From: Alphaproteobacteria bacterium | Lineage (GTDB): Bacteria; Pseudomonadota; Alphaproteobacteria; GCA-2731375 | DNA length: 64,000 nucleotides | Assembly (NCBI GenBank): GCA_965225945.1 | Contig: CBDDBZ010000032.1 | Location: forward strand, 64,001-128,000 | Direction of reading: 5' to 3' | Shown here: one piece after another, positions 21,096 through 31,945 of the stretch | How positions within the stretch are numbered: position 1 is the stretch's first letter | Layout: every line of letters starts with the position of its first letter | Translations under genes and position numbers: made by a program | The notes under the pieces: model-generated | What the model saw: the letters and a program-made list of their open reading frames with translations, nothing else | The model's database searches: none | What the model was told of the DNA's origin: nothing

Positions 21096-22259
21096 ATGAT
21101 CGACGACAGTTCCCGCAAGGCCGTAAGGCGCGCGCCGTCGCGCCGTTCCCTCCTCCGGGCCGGCGTCGGCGGTGCCCTGATCGCCGCCGCGCCCGCCGTC
21201 GTCTCCCGCCGCGCGCGGGCGGCCAAACCGCTCAAGGTCGCGGCTTTTACGGACTATATCAGCACGGAGATGATCGCGGCGTTCAAGGCTAGGACCGGTA
21301 TCGTGGTCGCACTCACGGAAAGCGGGGACGACCAGCAGTTCCTGAGCCAGCTCGAGAATTCGGAGGGGGCGAGCCACGATGTCGTCTTCAACTCGAGCAA
21401 CACGATTCTGCGCTGGTATGCCGCATCCGACGCGGCGCGCTCCGCCCTGCTCGCGCCGATCGACGAATCGCGCCTGGATAGGGACGAGATCATTCCCGCT
21501 ATCTGGGAACGGTCCGGGGAGTTGGGCGCGGTGCGCCGGGGTCGACGTTTCGCCGTGCCGTTCAACTGGGGCACCGAAGTCCTGGTCTACGATTCCGACG
21601 AGCGGAAGTACGAGGTCGGCTCCGTCTCGTGGAAAGATCAATGGGCGCTGGAGAACCAGGGGCGCGTCGCCGTTCGCCCCTTCACCGCACTCACCTCGAT
21701 CGCCCTGATGCAAGGCGGCGGCAGCAAGCTCGACGCGGCGCATCGCGATCGGTTCAAGGCGCGCGAGATGTTCGAGCAGGCCATCCGCTTCGCTATCCAA
21801 CACCATTCCTGGGTTCGCGCGACCTGGACCACCCGGGAGGAGCTGCGCAAGGCGTATTTTGACGATCGCTGCGTCGTCGGCCAAAGCTACGAAAGCATCG
21901 CCATCGAGCTCTGGAAGGCGACACGCGGCAGGCTGAAGTTCGTAGCCCCGAAGGACGGGGCGCTCGCCTGGATGGATACGATCTCGATCTCCGCCCGGGC
22001 GACGAACACGGACGCGATCTATGCCTTCCTCAACTTCTGTCTTTCGCCCGAGGGCGGCGCCATGCACACGCGCGCCACCGGGTACAACTCGGCCGCCGTG
22101 GGCGCGAAGAATTTGCTCGGCGCGAAATACCGGGAGCGTTACGCCTCGGCTTATGGGCGAAAAGGCGAGGCGATCGAGAACTTCTGGTGGCAGCGGCTGG
22201 AGCCGGAATGGTACGTCGCGCTGCGGGACGAATACGTGGCCCGTTGGGGGCTCGCCTAA
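21096..22259 (+). CDS. PotD/PotF-like ABC substrate-binding protein with Tat signal
   Basis: SRRSLL twin-arginine leader, PFNWGT, PKDGALAWMD, AFLNF. Confidence 0.8.
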   Translation: MIDDSSRKAVRRAPSRRSLLRAGVGGALIAAAPAVVSRRARAAKPLKVAAFTDYISTEMIAAFKARTGIVVALTESGDDQQFLSQLENSEGASHDVVFNSSNTILRWYAASDAARSALLAPIDESRLDRDEIIPAIWERSGELGAVRRGRRFAVPFNWGTEVLVYDSDERKYEVGSVSWKDQWALENQGRVAVRPFTALTSIALMQGGGSKLDAAHRDRFKAREMFEQAIRFAIQHHSWVRATWTTREELRKAYFDDRCVVGQSYESIAIELWKATRGRLKFVAPKDGALAWMDTISISARATNTDAIYAFLNFCLSPEGGAMHTRATGYNSAAVGAKNLLGAKYRERYASAYGRKGEAIENFWWQRLEPEWYVALRDEYVARWGLA

Positions 22260-22288
22260 GGTCGAGGTCCGGCCCCGGGCCGACGACC

Positions 22289-22435
22289 TCACCCGGCGCG
22301 ACGCACCTCGACGCACTCCGGCGGGAAGGCGTCCCAGAAATCGGTCTCTTCCAGCTCCGCTCTAAATTTGGCCAACGGCTTCGAGCGATCGTGCCCGGGC
22401 ATGATCGTCGCCATCATCCCTTCGCTCTCGCTCAT
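22289..22435 (-). CDS. Small hypothetical protein (48 aa)
   Basis: GGGGAG SD upstream of ATG, and it fills the gap between the SBP and typA. Function unknown. Confidence 0.35.
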   Translation of the reverse strand: MSESEGMMATIMPGHDRSKPLAKFRAELEETDFWDAFPPECVEVRRAG

Positions 22436-22527
22436 TGCTCTCCCCCTTCTCGGTTTTCTGGACCCGGACGCCGGGCGGGTGTATCTCTCCGGCCGCGTAA
22501 CGCCCACCAGCATTCCGAATCGAGCCC

Positions 22528-24351
22528 ATGTCGCTTCGCAACATCGCCATCATCGCGCATGTCGATCATGGCAAGACCACGTTGGTGGACGCTATGTTCC
22601 GCCTGTCGGGCGCCGTGCGGGGCAACCAGCGCGTCGCCGAGCGGGCGATGGACTACAACGAGCTGGAACGCGAACGCGGCATCACCATCCTCTCGAAGTG
22701 CACCTCGGTGACGTGGCGTGGCACGCGCATCAATATCGTCGACACCCCCGGCCACCAGGACTTCGGCGGCGAGGTCGAACGCATCCTCGACATGGTCGAC
22801 GGCGTGCTGCTGCTGGTCGATGCGGCCGAAGGGCCGATGCCGCAGACCAAGTTCGTGACCCAGAAGGCGCTGGCGCTGGGGCTTCGCCCGATCGTCGTCG
22901 TCAACAAGATGGACCGGGCCGAGCAACGCGCCGAAGTGGTGCTGAGCGAGGTCTTCGACCTCTTCGCGGCTCTGGACGCGAGCGAGGCGCAGCTCGACTT
23001 CACCGCCCTCTTCGCCTCGGCCCGCGACGGCTGGGCGAGCCCGAAGGTGGACGGCGCGCGGGGCGACCTGGCGCCCTTGTTCGAGGCGATCGTCGAGGGC
23101 GTGCCGAGGCCCGAGGTCGACGCGGACGCGCCCTTCCGCATGTTGGCGAGCATGCTGGATCTCGATCCCTATCTCGGCCGGGTGCTGACCGGGCGGATCG
23201 CCTCGGGCCGCCTTTCGGTCAACCAGACGATTCAGGCGCTGGACCCGGCGGGGCGGCGGACCGAGACGGGGCGGGTGACCAAGCTCTTGAGCTATCAGGG
23301 GCTGGAGCGGGTTCCGGTGAAAACGGTCTCGGCTGGCGACATCGTCGCCATCGCCGGCCTCTCCCGCGCCACGGTGGCCGACAGCCTGGTGGCCACCGAG
23401 GTCTTAGAGCCGCTCCCGGCCCGGCCCATCGATCCGCCGACGTTGGCCATGACCTTCGCCATCAACGACGGGCCGCTGGCCGGGCGCGACGGCGACAAGG
23501 TGACGAGCCGGGTGATCCGCGAGCGCCTGTTTCGCGAGGCGGAAGGCAACGTCGCGATCCGCGTGGCGGAGACCGGGGACGCCGACGCCTTCGAGGTCGC
23601 CGGCCGGGGCGAGCTGCAGCTCGGCGTCCTGATCGAGACCATGCGCCGCGAGGGCTTCGAACTCACCATCAGCCGCCCGCGCGTCATCTTCCGCGAGGGC
23701 GACGGCGGCCTGGAGGAGCCTTTGGAGGAGGCCGAGATCGACGTCGACGACGCCTATGCCGGCGTCGTGGTCGAGGCCATGAGCGCGCGCCGGGCCGAGC
23801 TTCGCGACATGCGCCCCTCGGGCGGCGGCAAGACCCGGCTCGTCTTCCACGCCCCCAGCCGCGGGCTGATCGGCTATCACGGGCAGTTCCTGACCGAAAC
23901 TCGGGGTACCGGAATCATGCACCGCTCGGTCGCCGGCTATACGCCCTATAAGGGGGCGATCCAGGATCGGCGGACCGGGACCTTGGTCTCGACCACGCTC
24001 GGCAAGTCGGTGGCCTACGCGCTGTGGAACCTGGAGGCGCGCGGACATCTCTTCATCGGCCCGGGGGAGGCGGTCTATCCCGGCATGGTGATCGGCGAGA
24101 ACAGTCGCGCCGGCGACCTGGAGGTGAACCCGCTTCGGACCAAGCAGCTCACCAACATCCGCGCCGCCGGCAAGGACGACGCGGTCCGCCTTACGCCGCC
24201 GACCCGCCTGGCCCTGGAAGTGGCGCTCGCCTACATCGCCGAGGACGAATTGGTGGAAGTGACGCCGGGCCACATCCGCCTCAGAAAGCGGCACCTGGAC
24301 CCGCACGAGCGACGCCGGGAGCGGCGACGCGCGGCGGCCCTCGACGGCTGA
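22528..24351 (+). CDS. typA: Translational GTPase TypA/BipA
   Basis: [42 protein letters not shown]. Confidence 0.96.
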   Translation: MSLRNIAIIAHVDHGKTTLVDAMFRLSGAVRGNQRVAERAMDYNELERERGITILSKCTSVTWRGTRINIVDTPGHQDFGGEVERILDMVDGVLLLVDAAEGPMPQTKFVTQKALALGLRPIVVVNKMDRAEQRAEVVLSEVFDLFAALDASEAQLDFTALFASARDGWASPKVDGARGDLAPLFEAIVEGVPRPEVDADAPFRMLASMLDLDPYLGRVLTGRIASGRLSVNQTIQALDPAGRRTETGRVTKLLSYQGLERVPVKTVSAGDIVAIAGLSRATVADSLVATEVLEPLPARPIDPPTLAMTFAINDGPLAGRDGDKVTSRVIRERLFREAEGNVAIRVAETGDADAFEVAGRGELQLGVLIETMRREGFELTISRPRVIFREGDGGLEEPLEEAEIDVDDAYAGVVVEAMSARRAELRDMRPSGGGKTRLVFHAPSRGLIGYHGQFLTETRGTGIMHRSVAGYTPYKGAIQDRRTGTLVSTTLGKSVAYALWNLEARGHLFIGPGEAVYPGMVIGENSRAGDLEVNPLRTKQLTNIRAAGKDDAVRLTPPTRLALEVALAYIAEDELVEVTPGHIRLRKRHLDPHERRRERRRAAALDG

Positions 24352-24393
24352 ACGGCGGCGCGAAAGCAAGACCCGCGAAGAGAGGTTCGCAGC

Positions 24394-25116
24394 ATGGATG
24401 CGACGACCATCGGAACCCTGTTGGCCGACCACGTGCTCGACATCGTGGCCCTTGGCATCTACGCCTCCTGCTGGTTCGGCTACCTGCACCTGGCGGAGCG
24501 CGAAGGCCGCGGCGGGCGCAACCTGATCGACGAGATGGCGGCCGGGCGGCGGATCTGGATGCGGACCATGCTGGCGCGCGACAATCGCATGCTCGACCTT
24601 CAGATCGTGCGTAGCGCGGTGCAGACGGGACAGTTCTTCGCCTCGACCTCGATCCTCGTGGTGGCCGGCCTGTTGGCCGTGCTGGGCGCCACCGACAGGG
24701 CGATCGCCGTGGTCGAGGAACTGCCCTTCACGGCAACGACGGACCGCACGCTCTGGGAGATCAAGGTCCTCTGTCTGATGGTCGTCTTTATCTACGCCTT
24801 CTTCAAGTTCATGTGGTCGGTACGGCAATACAACTATTGCGCCGTGCTGATCGGCGCGACCCCGCCGGCCGATGCCCTTGCGGAGGACGCGGGCGAGAGC
24901 GCCGACGACCTGGCCTGGATCGCGACGCTCGCCGCCAAGCACTCCAACCACGGAACCCGGGCCTACTATTTCGGCTTCGCGCTGCTCGCCTGGTTCCTAC
25001 ACCCGCTGCTGGTGATTCCGGTGACGCTCTGGGTGGTGGCGGTGATCTGGCGCCGTGAGCATCGCTCCAATACCCTCGCCCGCCTGCGCGCACTCGACGC
25101 GCGGCGCGAAGCTTGA
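24394..25116 (+). CDS. DUF599 membrane protein
   Basis: RRIWM...RDNRMLD, FFASTS, AFFKFMWSVRQYNY, GTRAYYF. Confidence 0.85.
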   Translation: MDATTIGTLLADHVLDIVALGIYASCWFGYLHLAEREGRGGRNLIDEMAAGRRIWMRTMLARDNRMLDLQIVRSAVQTGQFFASTSILVVAGLLAVLGATDRAIAVVEELPFTATTDRTLWEIKVLCLMVVFIYAFFKFMWSVRQYNYCAVLIGATPPADALAEDAGESADDLAWIATLAAKHSNHGTRAYYFGFALLAWFLHPLLVIPVTLWVVAVIWRREHRSNTLARLRALDARREA

Positions 25117-25131
25117 TCGAAGGCGCGTGCC

Positions 25132-25698
25132 TCAGCGGCCGAAGAGGCGGGCCAGCCAGGCCTTGATGCGTTGCCAGAGAACTCGGCCGAGGAGGTTGCC
25201 GGCATCGAGCGCCTCGCGTGCCTCTGGCGCGTTCACGTCCTCGCCCGGCCCGGCGGCGTCCAGCGCCGCCTGCAAGGCGGTGGCGAAATCCTGGGTCAGG
25301 CGCCCCGCCAGATCGTTCACCAGGCCACCCCGGCCAAATTGCGCGAGCGAGCCGGCGAGCGTGAAATCGACCTCGAGCTCGACCCGAGTGCCCGCGTCCT
25401 GGGCGATCACGGCGAAATCGATTGCGCCCTTGCATTGCGAGCGGCTGCGCTGGTCGAGGCCTTGGCCCTCGATCCGCCCCCTCATCGCCGCCGCGTCGCG
25501 GGCGAGCTGCCCCTCGCCGGCGAAGCTCGCCTGGATCGGGCCGAAGCGCACGGTCATCCGGCCCTCGAGCGCGCCGTCCGCACCCGCCCGCGTCACCTCG
25601 GCACCCGCCAGGCAACCGGCGACCGCGTAGGCGTCGCCGAGAAAGGCCCAAACCTGGTCGGCGGGGTGGGCGACGGTGAAGCTTTGCGCTATTCGCAT
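25132..25698 (-). CDS. coxG: CoxG/SRPBCC-family protein
   Basis: VWAFLGD...AGCLAGA, LAQFGRGGLV. Confidence 0.8.
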   Translation of the reverse strand: MRIAQSFTVAHPADQVWAFLGDAYAVAGCLAGAEVTRAGADGALEGRMTVRFGPIQASFAGEGQLARDAAAMRGRIEGQGLDQRSRSQCKGAIDFAVIAQDAGTRVELEVDFTLAGSLAQFGRGGLVNDLAGRLTQDFATALQAALDAAGPGEDVNAPEAREALDAGNLLGRVLWQRIKAWLARLFGR

Positions 25699-25705
25699 GT
25701 GGCGT

Positions 25706-26182
25706 TTACGCGGGCGCGGCGCGCCGCGTCGCCACGACCTCGGCGATTGCCGCGACGATCCCGGCGTAGCCGGTGCAGCGGCAGAGATTGCCCGCCAGCT
25801 CGAGCCGAATCCGCGCCTCGTCCGCGTCGGCCAAGCGGAGCACGACGTCGCGCGCCGTCACCAGCATCCCCGACGTGCAATAGCCGCATTGCAACCCGTG
25901 GTGCTTGGTGAAGGCAGCACGCAGCGCGGCCATGACGCCATCGGCGCCATGGCCCTCGATCGTGGTGACCTCGGCACCGTCGCAGGCGAGCGTCAATTGC
26001 AGGCAGGCGCGCACCGGCCGGCCGTCGAGCAGCACGTTGCAGGCGCCGCAAACGCCGTGCTCGCAGGCGAGATGGGTCCCCGTCAGCCCGAGCCCATCGC
26101 GCAGGAAGTCGCCCAGATGCGTCCTGTCGGCGACCTCGGCGGTGACCTCGCGGCCGTTGACCGTCAAGGTGATCTCGCTCAT
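25706..26182 (-). CDS. Mo-hydroxylase small [2Fe-2S] subunit (CoxS/CutS-like)
   Basis: CEHGVCGAC, QCGYCTSG, GNLCRCTGY. Confidence 0.9.
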   Translation of the reverse strand: MSEITLTVNGREVTAEVADRTHLGDFLRDGLGLTGTHLACEHGVCGACNVLLDGRPVRACLQLTLACDGAEVTTIEGHGADGVMAALRAAFTKHHGLQCGYCTSGMLVTARDVVLRLADADEARIRLELAGNLCRCTGYAGIVAAIAEVVATRRAAPA

Positions 26183-26988
26183 GGCGCCACCTCCGCCAGG
26201 GCGCGGTGCAACATCACCGCGTGAAGCTGGAGCTCGTAATCGTCGAGCCCGGGTTCCGCCGCGCTCACCACCTCGCGGCAGCGCCCGAGGTCCGCGCCCA
26301 ACAATTCCGCGCCCTCCGCCAGCACGCGGGGCGCCGACGAGGTGGCGCCGATCACCACCCGGGTCGCGCCCGAGGAGGGGTCGTGCAGCACCGCGCCGAT
26401 CGCCTCGGCGAACTCGCCGGGCTTGCGGCAATACTTGCCGTAGGCCCAGCGCGCCTCCGCTCCGGGCTCGGGGATGGCGACGCCCTCGATGATCTCGTCC
26501 AATTCCAGCGCCACCCAGAAGGCGCCCTGCTGGAAGTCCTCGAGCGCTACGGTCCGCTTGGCATTTGTACCCGCGATCACCACCGAGGCACCGAGCGCCA
26601 GCAGCGCCGCCGGCCAGTCGGCGGCCGGATCGCCATGCGCCAGGCTGCCGCCGATGGTGCCGCGGTTGCGGACGGCGCGATAGGCGATAGCGCCGGCGAC
26701 GCCGGCCATGATCTCGCCCAGCCGGCCGGATAGCGCGCCGTCCTCGATATTCGCATGGGTCAGGGCAGCGCCGAGGAAGACCCCGTCGTCGCGCCGCTCG
26801 ATGCGCGCCAGCGCACGAATCCCGGAGATGTCGACCAGCAGGCTCGGCTGCGCCAGGCGCAGGTTCATCATCGCCATCAGCGACTGGCCGCCGGCGATCG
26901 CCTTGCCCTCGAAGCCGGCCTCCCCCAGGAGCGCCGTCGCCTCGGCCACCTCGCGGGCCCGGCGATAAGCGAACGGTGCCGCCTTCAC
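26179..26988 (-). CDS. Mo-hydroxylase FAD-binding medium subunit (CoxM/CutM-like)
   Basis: GTG start KAAPFAY, AGGQSL, VRNRGTIGGSLAHGDPAAD. Confidence 0.88.
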   Translation of the reverse strand: MKAAPFAYRRAREVAEATALLGEAGFEGKAIAGGQSLMAMMNLRLAQPSLLVDISGIRALARIERRDDGVFLGAALTHANIEDGALSGRLGEIMAGVAGAIAYRAVRNRGTIGGSLAHGDPAADWPAALLALGASVVIAGTNAKRTVALEDFQQGAFWVALELDEIIEGVAIPEPGAEARWAYGKYCRKPGEFAEAIGAVLHDPSSGATRVVIGATSSAPRVLAEGAELLGADLGRCREVVSAAEPGLDDYELQLHAVMLHRALAEVAP

Positions 26989-29318
26989 GCTTCCGCCTCC
27001 GCTTGGGCGATCGCCTCGAAGACGCGGCGCGGCGTCATCGGCGTCTCCAGGACTTCCGCGCCGAATTTGCGAAGCGCGTCGTTGATCGCGTTGGCGATCG
27101 CCGCCGGCGGCCCGATCGCGCCGCCCTCGCCGACGCCCTTGATGCCGAAGGCGGTGAAGGGCGAAGGGGTTTCCATATGCTCGATGCGGAAGGCCGGTAT
27201 CTCGGTCGCGCCCGGTATCAGATAGTCGGCGAACGTGGAGGCCAGCGGCTGGCCCTGGGCATCGAAGGGCACCTCCTCCCAGAGCGCGGTGCCGATCCCC
27301 TGGGCGGCGCCACCGATGATCTGGCCATCGACGATCATCGGGTTGACCTTGGTGCCGCAATCCTCGGCGATCACATAGTCGAGGATCCTAACGTCGCCGA
27401 TCTCCGGGTCGAGCGAGACCACGACGGCATGGGTCCCGTAGCTGAAGGCGCCGTGATCGTAGGTCGTCTTGAAGGTGCCCAGTGTCTCCAGCCCCTTCGC
27501 CACCACTTCCTCCGGCAGTTGGTCGGGCCGGGCGTAGACCGCGCCTGCGACCTCGGCGAAGCGGGCCTCGCCCCCCGGCCCCTTGGCGACGCCGTCGGTG
27601 ACCGCCACATCTTCGGGCGCGCATTGCAGCAGATGCGCGCCGACCTCGGCGATCCGTTCCGCCAGCAGCTCGCAGGCCCGGGCGATCGCGCCGCCGGCCA
27701 TCACCATGGAGCGCGAAGCGTAGGTGCCGGTGGAGAAGGGCGTTCGGCCGGTATCGCCGTGCACGACCTGGACCAGGTCGGTGTCTATCCCCAGGACCTC
27801 GGAGGCGACTTGCGCCATCGTGGTTTCCATCCCCTGGCCGTGGCTCTGCACGCCGATCTCAAGCTCGAGCGAACCATCCGGAGCGAGGCGCGCGCGGGCC
27901 TGCTCGTAGCCCGGCAGCACCTCGATGCCGGCACCGGCGAAGACCTTGGTGCCGTGCGCCGTCTGCTCGGTGTAGGTGGCGATGCCGAGGCCGATCAGCC
28001 GGCCGTCGGGCTCGCCGGCCGCCTGGCGTCGCCTGACCGCGTCGAGGTCGATTGCCGAGACGGCGCGGCGCAGGCATTCGGGATAGTCGCCGCTGTCGAA
28101 CAGCTTGCCCACGACGTTGGTGTAGGGCATGGCGTCGGCCGGCGGCAGGCTCGCCTGGCGGATCTCGTGCGGCTCACGCCCGATTTCGCGGGCCAGCGCG
28201 TCGATCACCAGCTCGAGGGCGAAACAGATACCGGTCCTGGAGACGCCGCGATAGGGCTGCAGCGGCGGCTTGTTGGTGGCGATGGTCCGGGTCCGGCAGC
28301 GATAGGCCTCCAGCGCATAGGGGCCGGGAAAGCTGGCGCCGGCCTGCGCCGCCTCGAAACCGCCGTGGAAGGGCCAGATCGAATAGGCCCCCGCGTCGAC
28401 GTCGATGCTCACGTCGAGGCCGAGCAAACGGCCATCCTCGGCGGCATAGAGCTTGACCTCGTAGGCGTGCTCCCGGCAGTTGGCGGCCGCCGTCAGATGC
28501 TCGCGTCGGTCCTCGGTCCAGCGCACCGGATGGTCGAGCTTGGTGGCGAGCCAGGCGATTGCCACCTCCTCCGGCTGCAGCGCGGCCTTGAAGCCGAAGC
28601 CGCCGCCGACGTCGGGCGCGACGACGCGAATGCGCCCCTCCGACCAGCCGAGCGTGAGCGCCAGGCCCTTGCGCACGATGTGCGGCGTCTGGGTCGAGGT
28701 TTGCACCACGAGCTGGTCGCGCACGGGGTCGATATAGGCGAGGACCCCCTTCCCCTCCAGCGGCACCATGCAGTGGCGGTTGAGGCGGATCCGCCGCTCG
28801 ATGACGTGCGCGGCGCTGGCGGCAATGGCTGCCGTATCGCCGTCGATGCGAGTCTCGATCATGATGTTGTCGCCCCACTCGTCGTGGACCAGGGCTGCGT
28901 CGGCGGCCACGGCGGCGGCCATGTCGACGACCGCCGGCAATTCCTCCAGATCCAGCACCACGTCTTGCGCCAAATCCTCCGCCTCGGCGCGGCTGTCGCC
29001 GAGACACATCGCTACCACCTGGCCGACGAAGCGGGTCTTGCCGCTGGCGAGGCTGGGATAGTCGCAGGGCTTGAAGCCGGGAAGCCAGGATTCCGCCCGC
29101 ATCGGCTTGGCATCGGTCATCCGGGCGGCGGTGACGACCTCGTCCCCGCGCCCCGCCGGCACGCCGATATCGCGGATCCGTGCGTGCGCCAGGGGGCTGC
29201 GGACGAAGGCGACCTCGCGCAGTCCGACCATCTTGATGTCGCCGACGAAGCGGCCGCGCCCGGCCAGATGGCGGGCATCCTCCTTGCGCATTCGACTGTG
29301 TCCGATACCGGCGCGCAT
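26985..29318 (-). CDS. Xanthine dehydrogenase-family molybdopterin large subunit (CoxL-like; substrate unknown)
   Basis: DVGGGFG, PYRGVSR, SHGQG, TYASRS, KGVGEGG. Confidence 0.88.
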   Translation of the reverse strand: MRAGIGHSRMRKEDARHLAGRGRFVGDIKMVGLREVAFVRSPLAHARIRDIGVPAGRGDEVVTAARMTDAKPMRAESWLPGFKPCDYPSLASGKTRFVGQVVAMCLGDSRAEAEDLAQDVVLDLEELPAVVDMAAAVAADAALVHDEWGDNIMIETRIDGDTAAIAASAAHVIERRIRLNRHCMVPLEGKGVLAYIDPVRDQLVVQTSTQTPHIVRKGLALTLGWSEGRIRVVAPDVGGGFGFKAALQPEEVAIAWLATKLDHPVRWTEDRREHLTAAANCREHAYEVKLYAAEDGRLLGLDVSIDVDAGAYSIWPFHGGFEAAQAGASFPGPYALEAYRCRTRTIATNKPPLQPYRGVSRTGICFALELVIDALAREIGREPHEIRQASLPPADAMPYTNVVGKLFDSGDYPECLRRAVSAIDLDAVRRRQAAGEPDGRLIGLGIATYTEQTAHGTKVFAGAGIEVLPGYEQARARLAPDGSLELEIGVQSHGQGMETTMAQVASEVLGIDTDLVQVVHGDTGRTPFSTGTYASRSMVMAGGAIARACELLAERIAEVGAHLLQCAPEDVAVTDGVAKGPGGEARFAEVAGAVYARPDQLPEEVVAKGLETLGTFKTTYDHGAFSYGTHAVVVSLDPEIGDVRILDYVIAEDCGTKVNPMIVDGQIIGGAAQGIGTALWEEVPFDAQGQPLASTFADYLIPGATEIPAFRIEHMETPSPFTAFGIKGVGEGGAIGPPAAIANAINDALRKFGAEVLETPMTPRRVFEAIAQAEAEA

Positions 29319-29466
29319 GCTGCCTCCCTCGATTTAACTGTCCTCGCGCCGCCGCCGCGCCAGGTATGTAAGGGGTCCCCTTCGACCCGTTCCACTTCGC
29401 CGAGTTGCGCTATAATAGGCGAGGACGGGGTCGACGAAAGATCCGAGGAGGAAACGGGCGAAAAAG

Positions 29467-29871
29467 ATGCGATTGAGCGAGGCACAAGTGAACGACTATC
29501 GCCGCGACGGCTTCTTGCGCCTCCCGGGTCTGTTCTCGGAAACGGAGGTGGCGGTACTGCGCGGAGAGGTCGCGCGGGTCGCCGACATCCGCTCGGGCGA
29601 GATCCAGCGGGAGGCCGACGACGGCCCGCCCAAGGCCATCTTTCACATGCACGCGCACCGTAGCCGCACCGGCTCGGCGGCGATGGGTGCGTCGGCCCAC
29701 AATCTCTCGGCCGAGAACCGCTGGCAGGCCTACTTCTGCTACAACACCTGCGCCAACCGGGCCCGAGAGGTCGACGCACCCAGGCCCGAGTGGATAAGGG
29801 GCACCGACTTCACGCCGCTGGAGACGATCGACGATACCGCGCTCCTCGCCGACGACGACCGGGCGGCCTGA
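29467..29871 (+). pseudogene. Phytanoyl-CoA dioxygenase (PhyH)-family gene with internal deletion
   Basis: N-terminus LSEAQVNDYRRDGFL and C-terminal SAHNLS..R..YN are present, but the ORF is only 134 aa and lacks the central HxD region. Confidence 0.6.
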
Positions 29872-29981
29872 GAGTTGGACCGATAAGTCCCCGCGGGCGA
29901 GGGCCGGTGATGGCGCCGAAAGCCGGGGATGGCGAGACGGGCTTGCGAAGCCGCGCTCCTGCTCTTTATAAGGTCGGCGAC

Positions 29982-30015
29982 GCGATGGGGGGACCGCCCC
30001 GGCTCCCCCCATCGC
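29982..30015. promoter_or_regulatory. GC-rich hairpin immediately upstream of tRNA-Ser
   Basis: GCGATGGGGGGA...TCCCCCCATCGC, 12-bp stem. Confidence 0.5.
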
Positions 30016-30025
30016 GGCCCCTAGC

Positions 30026-30115
30026 GGAGGGGTGCCGGAGTGGTCGAACGGGGCGGTCTCGAAAACCGTTGTACACGTGAGTGTACCGTGGGTTCGAATC
30101 CCACCCCCTCCGCCA
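30026..30115 (+). tRNA. tRNA-Ser(CGA)
   Basis: GGAGGGG acceptor stem pairing with CCCCTCC, anticodon loop CT-CGA-AA, long variable arm GTACAC/GTGTAC, GGTTCGAATCC, 3' GCCA. Confidence 0.96.
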
Positions 30116-30255
30116 AACATATGTCCCGCATATTCCCGGGAATGCTCTACAACGGGCTTTATAGAAGGGTTATTTGTTCTCAAGCGTATTGCACGGTTGC
30201 GCGCGGTGGCGTAAATTCCCGCTTGGAGTGATGGGCAATTTGATGGTTAAGGGCC

Positions 30256-31452
30256 ATGACGGCACTCACGGCGGCAAAGGTAAAGGCACTCACCAGACCG
30301 GGCATGCACCATGACGGCAGGGGCCTGTATCTAAGAGTCGCGCCAGGCGGCTCGAAAGGCTGGATGCTTCGGGCAACGATTGACGGGCGCCGTCGCGACA
30401 TGGGGCTAGGCGGCTATCGGACCGTTTCGCTGGCCAGGGCGAGGCAGCTTGCCGACGGGCACCGGCTCGCGGTCGCGGAAGGGCGCGATCCGCTGGCCGA
30501 GAAGCGGCGGGAGAAGATGCCCACCTTCCGCGAAGCAGCCGAGACGGTCCATGCGGCGAACCTGCCCCGCTGGCGCAATGGCAAGCACACCGACCAATGG
30601 ATCAACACTCTGCGGACCTACGCCTTTCCGGTCATCGGCAACCTGCGTCTGGACCGGATCACGCGCCGCGACGTGCTGGCGGTACTCACGCCGATATGGA
30701 CCACCAAGCCGGAGACCGCTCGGCGCGTCCGGCAGCGTATCCGCACCGTGCTCAAGTGGGCCATGGCGCATGAGTTTGTCGAGCACAACGCGGCAGGCGA
30801 AGGTATCGACGGCGCGTTGCCGGCAATGCGCCGGTTCAAGGCGCACCATCGCGCCCTGCCCTATGCCGAGATACCGGCCGCGCTCGAAACTATAGACGCC
30901 TCGACCGCCGGCATGGCCGCGAAGCTCTGCCTGCGCTTCCTGATCCTGACTGCCGCCCGCTCGGGCGAGGCGCGCGGCGCAACATGGTCCGAGATGGACC
31001 TCGACAACCGCCTCTGGACCATCCCGGGCGAGCGGATGAAAGGCGGTGCGGAACACCGCGTCCCGTTGTCCGACGCGGCCCTGGCCGTGCTACATGAAGC
31101 CCTGCCATTGGGCGACGATAGCGGGCTGGTCTTCCCGTCGCCTCGTAAGCGCGGCTCCCCGCTCTCCGACATGGCGTTGACAGAATGCTTGCGCAGGGTC
31201 GGGCTCGCCGACCGGGCGACAACGCACGGCTTCCGGTCTACCTTCCGAGACTGGGCAGCCGAGAGCACCAACGCGCCCCATGCCGTCATGGAGCGGGCCT
31301 TGGCGCATACGGTCGCGGATGCGGTCGAGGCGGCATACGCGCGCTCCGACCTGCTAGAGCGGCGCCGGGCGCTGATGGCCGAATGGGGCCACTTTGTGAC
31401 CGGGAACGCCGGCGCGAAGGTCATTTCCTTACGAGGCCGCTATGGCCAGTAG
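30256..31452 (+). CDS. P4-like tyrosine integrase with arm-binding domain
   Basis: DGRGLYLRV, MGLGGY, TAARSGE, MKGGAEHRVPL, HGFRSTFRDW, LAH, AYARSD. Catalytic residues intact. Confidence 0.93.
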   Translation: MTALTAAKVKALTRPGMHHDGRGLYLRVAPGGSKGWMLRATIDGRRRDMGLGGYRTVSLARARQLADGHRLAVAEGRDPLAEKRREKMPTFREAAETVHAANLPRWRNGKHTDQWINTLRTYAFPVIGNLRLDRITRRDVLAVLTPIWTTKPETARRVRQRIRTVLKWAMAHEFVEHNAAGEGIDGALPAMRRFKAHHRALPYAEIPAALETIDASTAGMAAKLCLRFLILTAARSGEARGATWSEMDLDNRLWTIPGERMKGGAEHRVPLSDAALAVLHEALPLGDDSGLVFPSPRKRGSPLSDMALTECLRRVGLADRATTHGFRSTFRDWAAESTNAPHAVMERALAHTVADAVEAAYARSDLLERRRALMAEWGHFVTGNAGAKVISLRGRYGQ

Positions 31453-31843
31453 GGACCCATACGCGAAAGGGCATAGCGCCGCCTTCAGGGTGAATGACAG
31501 GGTTGACAAGCGGCTGTCGATACCGCTCACCCCTGAATATGTGCGCGAGATAACAGATGACCGCCATTGCGAGGCTGCCCTACTCGATAGGGCCGAACGC
31601 ATGACGAAGCGGGGGAAAATGCTCCCGGACTGGCTGATTCAAGAGATAATCAAAATGGCACGAATGGGCCGCGCCCCGCGAGACGTACGGCACGAGCGGA
31701 CGCGGATTTGGGCCCGTGCGGTGGGCACTCTCAAGAGCCGTTTCGGTTTGACCGAGAACACCGCAATCAACCTGGTCGCACGCGACGGCGCCATAGAGAC
31801 GAGCTATGAGGCCGTGAAGAGGGCTATGCAACGGCTAAAGTAA
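31442..31843 (+). CDS. Hypothetical island protein
   Basis: 133-aa ORF overlapping the integrase stop, between the integrase and alpA. Confidence 0.55.
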   Translation: MASRDPYAKGHSAAFRVNDRVDKRLSIPLTPEYVREITDDRHCEAALLDRAERMTKRGKMLPDWLIQEIIKMARMGRAPRDVRHERTRIWARAVGTLKSRFGLTENTAINLVARDGAIETSYEAVKRAMQRLK

Positions 31844-31945
31844 AGCCTAGGAAATGAATTTGGGGACATTTTGTACCCCGGTGTTCCTATAAGCACATGC
31901 AACCAAGTGTCACCTTGCGGGAACAACAACCGCAAGGAGGACGCC

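Noticed and set aside
25132-29318. Aerobic CO dehydrogenase
   Set aside because: It lacks the AYxCSFR motif and the M-S-L order; a generic Mo-hydroxylase is the better call.
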